A stretch of DNA of 64,000 bases from positions 62,001 to 126,000 of the forward strand of contig CAXHJY010000861.1 in assembly GCA_964016885.1 (NCBI GenBank). Direction: 5' to 3'. Below the pieces are notes generated by a model, which was not told the DNA's origin, searched no databases, and worked only from the letters and a program-made list of their open reading frames with translations. A program made the position numbers and the translations under genes. This DNA is from Eledone cirrhosa. Its lineage: Eukaryota. Of the stretch, positions 38,390-51,170 are shown piece by piece (position 1 is the first letter of the stretch; each line of letters starts with the position of its first letter).

Positions 38390-41296
38390 TGACTGCTCTA
38401 ACAAACGACAATGACTTCCTAATCATCGCAGGAGATTTTAACGGACACGTAGGTAAACACTGACGGCTTCTATAGAGTCCATGGAGGCTATGGGGTTGGC
38501 ACGAGAAATGATGAAGGATTCAGACTTCTAGAATTCTGCGACCCCAATGACATGTCGATATGTAACACAAATTTCAAAAAACCCGACAACCACCTGATCA
38601 CCTATAGATCAGGGGAGCATTCTAGTCAGATAGATTTTATCCTCATCAGAGGACATGACAGATGGACGGTCGTAAACACAAAAGCCTTCCCTAGTGAGTA
38701 ATGTACCTCCCAACATAGCTTCAGAGCTAGACGAACTTTGAAACAGAAGGCAACCTGGAGAAGAAAGATTTGGAAGCTGAAAGACCCCTCAACCAGTAAC
38801 AGATTTAAAGATATTTTACTCAACGCCAACGACAGTAAAGAAGAACAGATAAAGACATTCAATGTAGAAGAGCACTGGGAGTTCCTAAAAAATAACTTAC
38901 TAAAGGTGACGGATGAGGTCTGTGGCTGGAGTAAGACTACAAGCAGGAGGAGAGTGACTTGGTGGTGGAACAATAAGATAGATAAGGCAGTTAAGGCCAA
39001 GAGACAGGCATGGAAAGAATGGAAGAACGGGGGAAGCAGGGTACATTACATAGAGACCAAGAGGGAAGCTAGGCGACCAGTATACTTAGCTGGGAGGGAA
39101 GCAGAGGATAGAAAATTCAAGCATGTTTTGTAACGTGAGGACCAGAAACAGGAGGTGTTCAAGATTGCGAGGCAGTGTGTCAGAGAGAATTGTGGTGTCA
39201 TTGGAGAGAAGTGTATCCGGAATGATAAAGGTGAGCTTGCCCTCACAAGTGCTGAGAAGAAAGATGCATGGAAGAGCCATTATGATAGATTACTAAATGA
39301 GGAGAATGCATGGGAAGAAGAGACCCTACCCCAAGTAGACCCTATAGAGGGGCCAGCAGTACAAGTCAGCAGGAGCGTAGTAAGTAAGGCAATTAAAGAT
39401 ATGAAGATTGAGAAGGCAACCGGTCCATCGGGTATAGCTGCCGAGATGCTGAAAAAATCTGGGTCTGTAGGTCACACTATAACCACACGTATTGTTAACC
39501 AGGTAATACTAGAAGGTGTCATACCAAAAGATTGGTGCAGTAGCATCATTGTCAACTGCTACAAAGGTAAAGGTGATGCACTAGATAGAGGAAACTATAG
39601 AGGTATAAAGCTGATGGACCAGGTCATGAAAGTAACAGAAAGAGTTATAGCACAGTTGATTAGGGACCGGGTGAAACTAGATGAGATGCAATTTGGGTTT
39701 GTACCAGGAAGAGGCACCACTGATGCCCTCTTCCTTGTGAGGCAGTTACAAGAAAAGTACCTAGCTAAAAGTAAGCCACTCTAACTGGCATTCGTCGATC
39801 TCGAGAAAGCCTTTGACAGAGTTCCACGTGCTGTAATCTGGTGGGCTCTTAGAAAACTAGGAGTAGATGAATGGCTTGTGAAAGCTGTACAAGCCATGTA
39901 TAGGAGAGCAGTCAGCAAAGTTAGGATTGGCAATGAGTATAGCAAGGAATTTAGCGTACAGGTTGGTGTCCACCAGGGCTCTGTTATTCGCCCTCTCCTG
40001 TTCATCATAGTCCTGCAGGCAATAACAGAGGAGTTTAAGACCGGATGCCCATGGGAACTCCTGTATGCTGATGACCTCGCACTTATAGCTGAATCAATGG
40101 TAGAACTAGAGAAGAAATTCCAAACTTGGAAGCAGAGACTAGAAAGAATGGGGCTCAAAGTCAACCTGACAAAGACTAAGGTCCTTGTAAGTAGACTAGA
40201 AAACAGAACCCAGATCCCCTCAGGGAAATGGCCTTGCTCAGTATGTAGGAAAGGTGTAGGTAGGAACTCCATTCTCTGCCCCAAATGCAAACAATGGGTA
40301 CACAAGAGATGTAGCGGGATCTCAGGAAGCTTAATTAAGAATGTAAGCTTCACATGCAGCAGCTGTGATGAGACAGCAAGCAGCAAACAGCCACAGGAAA
40401 CAAGTACCACCAATCTCTGGGAGGACTCTGTAGAAACAGTAGACAGCTTCTGCTACCTAGGTGACCGAATTAACAGCGGAGGTGGGTGTTCAGAAAGTAC
40501 AATAACTAGGGTAAGAACGGGATGGAAGAAGTTCAGGGAACTACTGCCACTGCTAGCTGCAAAAGGCTTTTCCCTCAAAATGAAAGGCAGACTGTATGAT
40601 GCATGTATCCGAACAGCGATGTTACATGGTAGTGAGACCTGGGCGCTGAAGGTGGAAGACTTACGTAGATTAGAAAGAAACGAAGCCTGCATGCTCCGAT
40701 GGATGTGTAATAGTAATATAAGCGAACGGTAAAGCATAAATGAATTGAGAGAGAGACGAGCATAAGAGGAATAAAATGCTGTGTGCAAGAGAGGCGGTTG
40801 CGCTGGTATGGACATGTGATGCGTATGAAGGATGACAGCTGCATAAAAAGGTGCAGAGCACTAGAAGTCAATGGAAGCCGCGGAGTGGGGAGACCCAAGA
40901 AGACCTTGGATGAGGTGATAAAAGCCGACCTTACCCAATTACACCTCTCAAAGGCGATGACACACGACCGTGACCTCTGGCGTCACGCAGTAATACAGAG
41001 TACCCGACCTCCCATGGGTACAAGCTGACGCATATAGACAATATGCCCCCACACTGCAAAGTGGTCGTGGAGGTGCCACGGCAAAAAAGCACAGCCCACA
41101 CTGTAAAGTGGACGTGTAGGCGCCACAGAAAAAAGCACCCAGCACTCACTGTAAATGAGGTTGGTGTTAGGAAGGGCATCCAGCTGTAGAAATCAAGCCA
41201 AAATCAGTTCGTGTATGAGCAAGACATGGTCAGCCGACCAAACACAACCCGTCTAACCCATGCTAGCATGGAAGAACGGACTAAAACGATGATGAT
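38390..41296 (+). mobile_element. 5'-truncated RTE LINE
   Basis: ORF pieces 38738-39133, 39155-39784, 39878-40732 and 40783-41028; 3' UTR and gatgatg tail. Confidence 0.93.
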
Positions 41297-41324
41297 GTGT
41301 GTATGTATATATATGTATGTATAT

Positions 41325-44300
41325 CATCATCATCGTTTAACATCTATTTTCCACGCTAGCATGGGTAAGACGGGAGTTGTCCCACTTGAGGCAAGGTTGG
41401 TCGGGTGACCATGTCTCAGTCATATAGGACTATCTGGCAGGTTTTCTACGGCTGGATGCCCTTCCTAACACCAACCACATTTACAGTGTGGAACTGGGAA
41501 CTTTTTACCGTGTTACCTACACGGCCACATTACAGCGTGGACTGTGTGTTTTTTTCTCCTGACACCTACACGATCTCGATCTCATTATCTCATTTATTTG
41601 GACTGGATGTTGTGGTACCAACTTTATAGAGAGAGGTTGGTGGGAGTGGGAGGATAGGGTAGGGGTAGTGGATTGGGGTGTATATTTGGTTAAGATGTGC
41701 CTACTGACAGTAGGTTTCGCTTTGTACATAGGCAAGACAGGTCTTCTGTATTACTGCGTATCGCCAAAGATCTTGGTCCAGTGACATTGTCTTAGAGAGG
41801 TGCAAGTGTGTAAGGTCGGAATTTATCAGATCATCCCAGGTTTTTCTGGGTCTACCTACTCCGTAACTACCATCAATTTTGATCGCCCTGCACTTTTTTA
41901 TACAGCTGTCGTCTTTCATGCGCATCATGTGGCCATACCAACGTAGTCTTCTCTCGAGTAAACAGCATCTGATCCCTCTTATTCCTAATTTCTCACTTAG
42001 TTCATTTATGCTTTGCTGTTCACGTATATTACTATTACACATCCAATGGAGCATGCATGCTTCGTTCCTTTCCAGTCTACGCAGGTCCTCTGCACGTAAT
42101 GCCCATGTCTCACTGCCATGTAGCATTGCTGTTCGTATACAAGCATCATACAATCTGCCTTTCATTTTGTGGTATAAGCTCTCTGAACTTTTGCGGTATA
42201 AGCTCTCTGAACTTTTTCCATCCTGTTCTGACTCTGGCTACTGTACTTTCAGAACACCCTCCACCACTGCTGATTTCGTCACCCAGGTAACTGAAAGTGT
42301 CTACTATTTCTATAGAACCATCTGGGCAATAGAAGGGGCTAGTATCCTGTGGACACTCGCTACCTATTGCACCTGAGCATCGGCCACATATAAAGTCTAC
42401 GTTCTTAGATAGTTTACCTGTGATCCCACTACATCTTTTATGTACTCATACTTGGGACATAAAATTGAATTTCTGCCTACTCCTTTCCTACACACTGAGC
42501 AAGGCCATTTCCCTGAGAGTACCTGTGCCTTATTTTCCTTTCTACAAACTAGAACTTTAGTCTTAGACAAGTTAACTTTAAGGCCTTTTGATTCTAGGCT
42601 ATGCTTCCATGTTTGGAATTTCTTTTCTAGTTCAGCCATTGATTCAGCTATGAGCGTTAGATCATCTGCGTATAGGAGTTCCCATGGGCAGCCGGTCTTG
42701 AACTCCTCTGTTATAGCCTGAAGGGCAATAATAAAAAGGAGGGGGCTAAGGACAGAGCCTTGGTGAACACCAACTTTTACACTAAATTCTTCACAATATT
42801 CATTGTTAATTCTAACCTTACTGACTGTTTCATTATACATAGCTTGTATAGCTCTCACAAGCCATTCATCTACACCTAGTTTTCTAAGAGCCCACCAGAT
42901 AATGGAGCGGGGGACTCTGTCAAAGGCTTTTTCCAGGTCTACAAAAGCTAAGTAGAGGGGTTGACTTTTAGCTAGGTACTTCTCTTGTAGTTGTTGTACA
43001 AGGAAAAGAGCGTCTGTGGTACTTTTACCTGACACAAACCCAAACTGCATTTCATCTAGATCAATTCGCTCTCTGATTAGTTGCGCTATAACTCTTTCTG
43101 TGACCTTCATGACCTGGTCAACTAACTTAATGCCTCTATAGTTTCCTCTATCTAGAGCATCTCCTTTACCCTTGTAGCAGTTAACGATGATGCTGCTACG
43201 CCAGTTTTTTTCTATGACCCCATTCTGTATTACTTGGTTAACTATACGGGAGACCATAGTATGTCCCACCATTCCAGATGCCTTCAACATCTCAGCAACT
43301 ATCTCCGAAGGCCCAGCTGCCTTGCTGGTCTTCATATCTTTGATTGTGTAGCAAGAGTTGCCTCCCTTGTTGTGACGATCACATCACCAATAGAGTAACG
43401 CTCTCTGGACAGGAAGTGGCTGGAGTTGCTTCCCGTTGGGGTGGCAGAGCCCTTTTTGTCACTTCCGTCCCAGGACCTATAAAGGAAATAACTTTCAGCT
43501 CTCTACCTCTCATTTGCCTTTCGGCTCCTGGCCTTCTAACATGCCTGGCCCTTCGGCCAGGCAGGTTCGACTGGCAACCCTAACATGGTCTCTTGCGAGT
43601 CAACTTCAAAACGGTAACAAATAACTTTACTTCATTCTTTCATCTACTTGTCAACCATACTGTTCTACATAACCTCCACTTGTTAATTAAACGTTACATA
43701 CACAACCTAGTGTCTTGTTATATTCATACACACCAGTATTTTGTTATAATTGCCTTACTTATTATACTACCTTTAACTTGCACCGCTGGTCCTTCTATTG
43801 GATCGATTTGGGGCAGACTATCTTTTTCCCACTTATTCTCCTCATTTAATAGTCTCTCGTAGTGACACTTCCAGGCTATCTTCTTATCAGTATCAGTGAG
43901 GGCAAGTACACTGTTATCATTACGGACACACTTCTCCCCGACAATATCACGGTTTTCCTTGATACATTGTCTAGCAATCCTGAACACCTCGTGTTTTTTG
44001 GTCCTCACGTTGCAGAACATGCTTGAACTTTCTTTCCTCTGTTTCCCTTTTTGCAAGGTACACTTGTCTCCTAGCTTTTCTCCTGGCCACTTGATAGTGC
44101 TCTCTACTTCCCCCATCCTGCCATACTTTCCAAGCCTGCTTTTTGGCCTTGATTGTCTCTTCCACCTCACTGTTCCACCACCAAATTACTCTCCTCCTGC
44201 CAATAGGTCTGCTCCAGCCACAGATTTCATCCGTTGCTTTCAGCAGGTTCACTTTCAAGAATTGCCACTGTTCTTCTATATTGCACGTCTCTAATTGCTC

Positions 44301-45260
44301 TTCCTTATTGTCAAAGGCATCAAGTAATAAGCTTTTAAATTTGTCACTGGCTATGGGGTCCGTCAACTTCCATATTCTTCTCCTCAAGGTAGGCCTCCTC
44401 TGTCGTCGACTGTGAGGTAACTAACTACTAGGCTATGTTGGGAGGTGCATTCTTCACGGGGGAGGGATTTAGTGTTTACAACAGACACTTTGCCCTGTCT
44501 TCTAGTAAGGATATAATCTATCTGGCTGGCGTGTTCCCCTGATCTATAGGTGATCAAGTGGTTTTCACGTTTTTTGAAGGTTGTGTTACAGATAGTTAGG
44601 TTATTGGCGTCACAGAATTCCAGGATTCTGAAGCCTTCCGCATTTCCATTTCCAACCCCATAGCCTCCATGGATTTCATCACAGCCATCACTATGTTGTC
44701 CAACGTGGCCGTTTAGATCGCCAGCAATAATTAGGTAGTCGCTGTCGGTTATTTGGGAGGTAGTGTGCATTAGCGTCTCATAGAACCTGTCCTTTATAAT
44801 GTCAGATTGGGGTGCATAAGCAGATATTATTGTCACAGTAGTTTTATTTAGAACTAGTCTTAATTCAATTATTGTCATTCACTCTATTTACGTCAATTAC
44901 CTTATCTACCCATTTTTCAGCTAACATAATTCCTACCCCACCCAGTCTGTTGTCATTTCCCACCCAGAAAAGTTTATAGCATCGTTTTTTACCCACGATG
45001 AATGTGGCAGACCCCCCCCCCCCCTCTCCACACCTAGTCTCTTAAATACAACAAACATCAACTTCTCTACGTTCAAGCATCTCTACAACCTCATTTGAGC
45101 GACCTTTTAATGTGCCTACGTTCATGGTACCAACTCTGAAGTTGGGAGGGTGGAATGGATGGGTTAGAGGGGCAGGGAGGGGTGTGGGAGACGTAATTAT
45201 GTTGGTCATTCGTGTCTGAAATAGAGAGGGGTCTTTGTATTCTCGTCCTGCAGCAGGACG
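41325..45260 (-). mobile_element. Near-full-length decayed RTE LINE (same subfamily as 1944-6094) interrupted by a solo LTR
   Basis: ORF pieces 44384-44878, 43971-44387, 42397-43335 and 41701-42165. Confidence 0.93.
43347..43748 (+). mobile_element. Solo LTR (402 bp) inserted into the RTE
   Basis: TGTAGCAAGAG...GTTATA; TSD attg at 43343-43346 and 43749-43752; removing it restores the RTE sequence ctttgattgccttact. Confidence 0.88.
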
Positions 45261-45373
45261 AGAATATATATGTATGTGTATATATATATATGCATGTCAC
45301 CATTATCTGTGTAAACCTAATATTACCTAAATTAACATAAATTGTGATTCTGTTTTTATTTAAAGGGACACAG

Positions 45374-45658
45374 ATGTATAAGACTCCAAATTATTTTGAG
45401 TCAACCACATACTCCAGTCAGAAACTGGTCCCTGAAACGGAGACTCTGCACAATCGACATATTTGTAAAAAACTAGAGATTCAAATGAATGAGGAAGAAT
45501 TATCGACAAGAAAACAGAGCCTGGAATCACAGCAGCTAGATTCTGATGTCTACCTTCTACATCCCACACCACAGCTGGGCAAGAGGAAGCCCCTCATTAA
45601 TTACTCCAAAGACAACACAATTGATGAAATACCCAAGCCCCCGAAATTATCAACCCCA
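45374..45658 (+). CDS. SKA3: Probable SKA3 penultimate exon (MYKTPNYFES...IDEIPKPPKLSTP)
   Basis: Open 95-codon non-repetitive frame with gtaaga donor in phase 0. The acceptor is uncertain: cag at 45373 fits the phase, aag at 45365 does not. Confidence 0.6.
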
Positions 45659-46086
45659 GTAAGATTTTTCTAAACTTATTTTCTGACTTCAACAATTCTC
45701 CTTGTTAAGGTTTTTAAGACCAATTTACAGGCATCACAGTTTTCTTCTGTTTCTCAGCTTCACATATTGTCTCTGTCCTTTCTTCACATCATCATCACTG
45801 TGTAATGTCCCCACGTTAGCATGGGTTAGACAAGTTGTCCTGTTGTGAGACAAGCCAGGTCATCTGACCATGTCTTGCTCATACAGAACTGATCTTGGCT
45901 TGGTTTCTACAGTTGGATGCCCTTCCTAACACCAACCCCTTCAAAATCAATAAATCTATTGAGTATTGATCAGTCTATTCCAGATAAATTAGCTCATGTT
46001 GCATTCCTGCAGATACATCAACAGATTTCTTATGTATGAGTGTGTCCGTGTGTGTGTGTGCGTGCGTGTATATATATATATACATA

Positions 46087-46162
46087 CAGGGTGTCCCAAA
46101 AATGTATACACACTTCAATTAGAATGATGTTGAAGTGTGTATACATTTTTGGGGACAGCCTG
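46087..46162. mobile_element. 76-bp hairpin Tc1/mariner-type MITE
   Basis: TA|CAGGGTGTCCCAAAAATGTATACACACTTCAA...TTGAAGTGTGTATACATTTTTGGGGACAGCCTG|TA. Confidence 0.8.
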
Positions 46163-46972
46163 TATATATATATATATTTCTATATGAGTGAGAAACCCAT
46201 ATGATCTGACTTGTCTCACAACAGGACAACTCGTCTAGCCCATACTAGAATGGAGAATGGACATGAAACAGTGATGCTGATGATGATATACACACACACA
46301 ACCTAAGTGAAGGTAATAAATGGTGTGTTACATTGGTGTAATTTGATGACTCAAATGTAGTGGAACAAGTAGAAAAATGGGACACTAACAGAAACAGGAA
46401 GAGAAAAACATGGGGAAATGGGACACTAACAGAAATGGACATTTGTCATCTGTTTTTATGTTCTCTGTTAGGTTTGTCTCTCTGTTGTTTTGGTTTTTTT
46501 CCAAACAAATCCTGATCAATTTTGGCATTACTATCGTGGTTCGAACTACAGAGTAGGGTTCCTGACCTTTCCCAGCAAAATACCATGGGTCCAGAGTTGT
46601 CATTTGATAATTGGAAGGCTCTGATGTGGTTTGTCCTGTTTTCTACCTGGTCTCTCTGTCCCACTTGTTTCAATACTTTGCAGCGTTCTTCCATTTCACA
46701 TTTATAAAGTAGTAGTAGAGGTACCACAATAAACAGCACCCTGACCACACTGCCAGGTGGTAGTAGAGGTACCACGATAAAACACACCTGAAGTACACGT
46801 GAAGCAGTTGGTATAGAAACCATCCCAGAATGGAATGTCTGAGCAAGACACAGTCATGTGATCTATCAGGCCTCTGACTGTGACAAGTCTTCTATAACAG
46901 CCCATCTGACTATGACAAGTCATCTTAACTAGAGATAAAACATGATGATATCAATGTTGATTTCCATTTCAG

Positions 46973-47245
46973 ATAGTTCCATCACATCTTCCAAAGTCAA
47001 GCCACAGAAATAAGTCTGTTGATCTACAGACAGAAGTCCTGGTCCCAGAGGTAAATATGCCAAGCCCTCCTTTACTTCACATGGCTGACACACTGCTGTG
47101 CAAGAATTCTACGAGCTTTCTCTCAAACACATCTGTGTTCTTTGAATCTAATAAAGAGAATATAGACGAAATTGAAATCCCAAAACCTCCAAAACTAAAC
47201 TTCCGTTATGATACGAGGCTCAGTAGACCCAAGAAGGACATTTAA
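46973..47245 (+). CDS. SKA3: Probable SKA3 terminal coding exon (IVPSHLPK...IPKPPKLNFRYDTRLSRPKKDI*)
   Basis: tttcag acceptor in phase 0, open to TAA at 47243-47245, with AATAAA at about 47283. Confidence 0.6.
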   Translation: MVPSHLPKSSHRNKSVDLQTEVLVPEVNMPSPPLLHMADTLLCKNSTSFLSNTSVFFESNKENIDEIEIPKPPKLNFRYDTRLSRPKKDI

Positions 47246-47344
47246 AAAGTTGGTCAACAATTCTTTTTGGACTTTTACTTTTAATAAAACCTTTTTTATT
47301 CTTATTAATGTAAATATGACCAGTGGTGATTATTGAAATTGTTT

Positions 47345-50300
47345 GTATCATCATCATCATCATTATTATCGATTAACGTCCATCTTCCAAGCTGTACATA
47401 TACTTCAGTTTGTACCCGTGGGAAGTTGGGTCTTCTGTATTACTGCACATCACCAGAGATCCCGGTCATGTGTCATCTCTGAGAGGTGGGCAAGGTCAGC
47501 TCTTATCACCTCATCCCAAGTCTCCCCACTCCATGGCTTCCAACGACTTTGAGCGCTCCGCACCTTTCTATGCAGCTGTCATCCTTCATACGCATCACAT
47601 GTCCATACCAACGCAACCTCCTCTCCTGCAGACAGCATTTGATTCCTCTTATGCTTAGTCTCTCTCACAGTTCATTTATTTTTCGCCGTTCCCATATATT
47701 ACTATTACACATCCATGAGAGCATGCAGGCTAGCAGTGGCAGTAGCTCCCTGAACTTCTTCCATCCCATTCTTACCCTGGTTACTGCACTTTCAGAACAC
47801 CCACCTCTGCTGCTAATTCGGTCACCTAGGTAGCAGAAGCTATCTACTGTTTCTACAGAACCCTCTGAGAATTTGGTGGTGCTTGTTTCCTGTTGTCACT
47901 TGCTGCTTGCTGTTCCAGTGCAACTGCCACACGTATACCCTACATTCTTAACTAAACTTCCTGAGATCCCACTACATCTCTTGTGTACTCACAATTTGCA
48001 TATGGGGCAGAGGATGGAATTTCTACCAATGCCTTTCCTACATACTGAGCAAGGCCATTTCCCTGAGGGGTTTTGTTTTCTCTTCTACTTACTAGGAGCT
48101 TAGTCTTTGTCAGGTTGACTTTGAGCCCCCTTCTTTCTAGGCCCTGCTTCCATGTTTGGAATTTCTTTACTAGTTCCACCATAGATTCAGCTATAAGTGT
48201 AAGATCATCCGCGTACAGAAGTTCCCATGGACAGCCGGTGTTAAACTCCTCTATTATAGTCTGCAATACTATAATAAACAGGAGCGGGCTCAGGACAGAG
48301 CACTGGTGAACACCAACCTGTATGCTAAATTCCTCGCTATAGTCATTGTTAACCCTAACTTTGCTGACTGCTCCCCTACACATGGCTTGTACAGCCTTCA
48401 CAAGCCACTCATCTACTCCTAGTTTTCTAAGAGCCCACCAAATTATGTCACAGGACACTGTGGAAAGCTTTCTCCAGATCAACAAATGCTAGGTAGAGAG
48501 GCTTACTTTTAGCTAGGTACTTTTCCTGTAACTGACTCACAAGGAAGAGGGCATCAGTGGTGCTTTTGCCTGGCACAAATCCAACCTGCATCTCATCTTG
48601 ATTTACCGTCCCTAATTAACTGTGCTATAACTCTTTCTGTTACTTTCAGGACCTGGTCCATCAGTTTTATACCTCTATAGTTAACTCTATCTAGCACATC
48701 CCCTTTACCCTTGTAGCAGTTGACAATGATGCTGCGCCACTCATATGGTATGACGCCATCTAGTATTACTTGGTTAACAATACATGTGGTTATGGTGTGA
48801 CCTACCGACCCAGATGCCTTCAGCATCTCAGCAACTATTCCTGATGGACGGGCTGCTTTCCCAGTTTTCATATCCTTAATTGCCTTACTTACTACACTGC
48901 TGCTGACTTGTACTGCTGGGCCTTCAATGGAGTCTGCTTGGGGTAGGGTCCATTTCTCCTATGCATTCTTTTCATTTAGTAATCTTTCATAATGGCTCTT
49001 CCACGCAGCTTTCTTCTCAGCATCTATGAGAGCAAGTTCACCTTTATCATCCCGGGCACACTTCTCTCCAATGACATCACAATTTTATCTAACACACTGC
49101 CTCGCAATCTTGAACACTTCCTGTTTCTGGTCCTCACGCTGCAAAACACGCTTGAATTTTCTATCCTCCACTTCCCTTCTAGCTAAGTATACTTGTCGCC
49201 TAGCTTCTCTCCTGGTCTCTATGTAATGTACCCTGCTTCCCCCATTCTTTCCATGCCTGTCTCTTGGCCTTAACTGCCTCATCTACCTTATTGTTCCACT
49301 ACCAAGTCACTCTCCTCCTCCCTGTGGTCTTGCTCCAACCACAAATCTCATCCGTCACCTTTAGTAAGTTATTTTTTAGGAACTCCCAGTGCTCTTCTGT
49401 ATTGAATGTCTCTGTTCTTCTTTACTGTCATAGGCATCGAGTAAAAAATCCTTAAATCTGTTACTGGCTGAAGGTTCTTTCAGCTTCCAATCTTTCTTCT
49501 CCAGGTTGCCTTCTGTTTCAAAGTTCGTCTAGCTCTGACAATGAGGTCACTGACTACTAGGCTGTGTTGGGAGGTACATTCCTCACCTGGTTAACAACCA
49601 TCCATCTATCTCGTCCTCTGGCTAGTATGCTCCCCGGATCTATAGGTTGTCAGGTTTTTTGAAGTTTGTGTTACATATCAACAGGTCATTGGCATCACAG
49701 AACTCTAGAAGCCTGTAACCTTCTTCATTTCTTACACCAAACAGCCTCCATGGACTCTGTAGAAGCCATCACTATGTTTCCCAACGTGTCTGTTAAAGTC
49801 CCCTGCAACAAGTAGGAAGTCATTGTCATTTGTTAGAGTGGTAGTATGCATTAGGAACTCGTAAAACCTATCCTTAAGTTCGTCTGGCAACCCAGATTGG
49901 GGTGCGTAAATGGATATAATTGTTTTATTTAGTACTAGTCTGAGTTTAATGATTCTTGCGTTCACCCTGTTCACTGAGATTACCCATTTGTCAGCTAGTA
50001 TACCCACACCACCCAGAAATATTTGCAGCACTATTTTTTACGAACGAGGAGTCTAGCAGACTCTCCTCTCCCTCTAGTCTCTTGCACACAACATACAACG
50101 AGGAGTCTAGCAGACTCTCCTCTCCATCTAGTCTCTTGCACACAACATACATCAACTTCCTTTCACTCTAACATCTCCCGTTCTTCCTTTCATTGTGCTC
50201 ACGTTGATGGTGTCTATTTGGAATTTTTGGAGTTTGACGTCAATAGGGGAGGGTGTATGTTTTCTGTATCTGAATTAAGGATTCGTATGGTTGCCTGGAA

Positions 50301-51170
50301 ACGTGTGAATTCATATTCATTCCAAGTTGTTCATCATCTTCAGCTCATCCATAGACAATGATAGAGAGATTTCTCGAGAGGAGAATGGTTAAGAAAGATA
50401 ACTAGTAGTAGCAGGTGATGGATGAAGGTATAATAATAATAATGAAATTATTGTGTAAAGTGCTCAGGTGCACTACAACTCGTCAAAGGTGCATGTATAG
50501 TACATAGAATAATATACAAATGTCAGGGAAGTGTATGACTCATGATATATGTGTGTATGTGTATGGAGGGGGAACATTAGGTGGAGGTTTTAAAGGATGC
50601 AGTGTCTCGACAGCTAACAACTGATGCAGGTAGTTTGTTCCATGCTTCAGCAACTCTGAAAAAATGTTTCCGAAAGTCATGTTGTGGTTTGATTGGTCAG
50701 TAAGTCTATAGTGGTGTGTGGGGGTGGCAGGAGGGAAAATGTGAGATAGATTAATAAGTCTAGATGGGGCGGCAAAGAAAAAATTGATGAATTTATACAG
50801 ACATATGTGGAATATGTTAAAACCAGCTTGCTTCATGATTTGTAAAATGAGTGCAAGAATAATAATAAACAGGGAGATATAATGTGAGAGATATGTAGAG
50901 GGAATGAGGTAGCCTTATGTTCGAGGTAAGTAGGGGAAATAGGGAGATATAATGTATGTAGAGGGAAAGTAGAAAAATCTCGAAGTCTGATGGCGAAGAA
51001 AGAAAAGAATTTATAGACATATTTCATTATTATTATATGTGGAATACGTTAAAACCAGCTTCCTTCGTAATTTGTAGAATGAATGTATTTCACAAAATAT
51101 TGTATTATACCAATTTTCAAATAAAAGTTTTCTCCTATTTTTCTGTGGTGTGTTGAAAGACGGAGTAGAA
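47345..51170 (-). mobile_element. Decayed, probably full-length RTE LINE
   Basis: EN and RT pieces at 49732-50031, 48593-48871 and 47952-48485; 50690-50760 resembles the 5' UTR at 2260-2310. The 5' boundary is approximate. Confidence 0.8.
50430..50682 (-). mobile_element. CR1 3'-end fragment
   Basis: Homologous to 61370-61800 (catgactttcg...gttgctgaagcatggaacaaact...gtgcacctgagcact, ATT tail). Confidence 0.85.
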
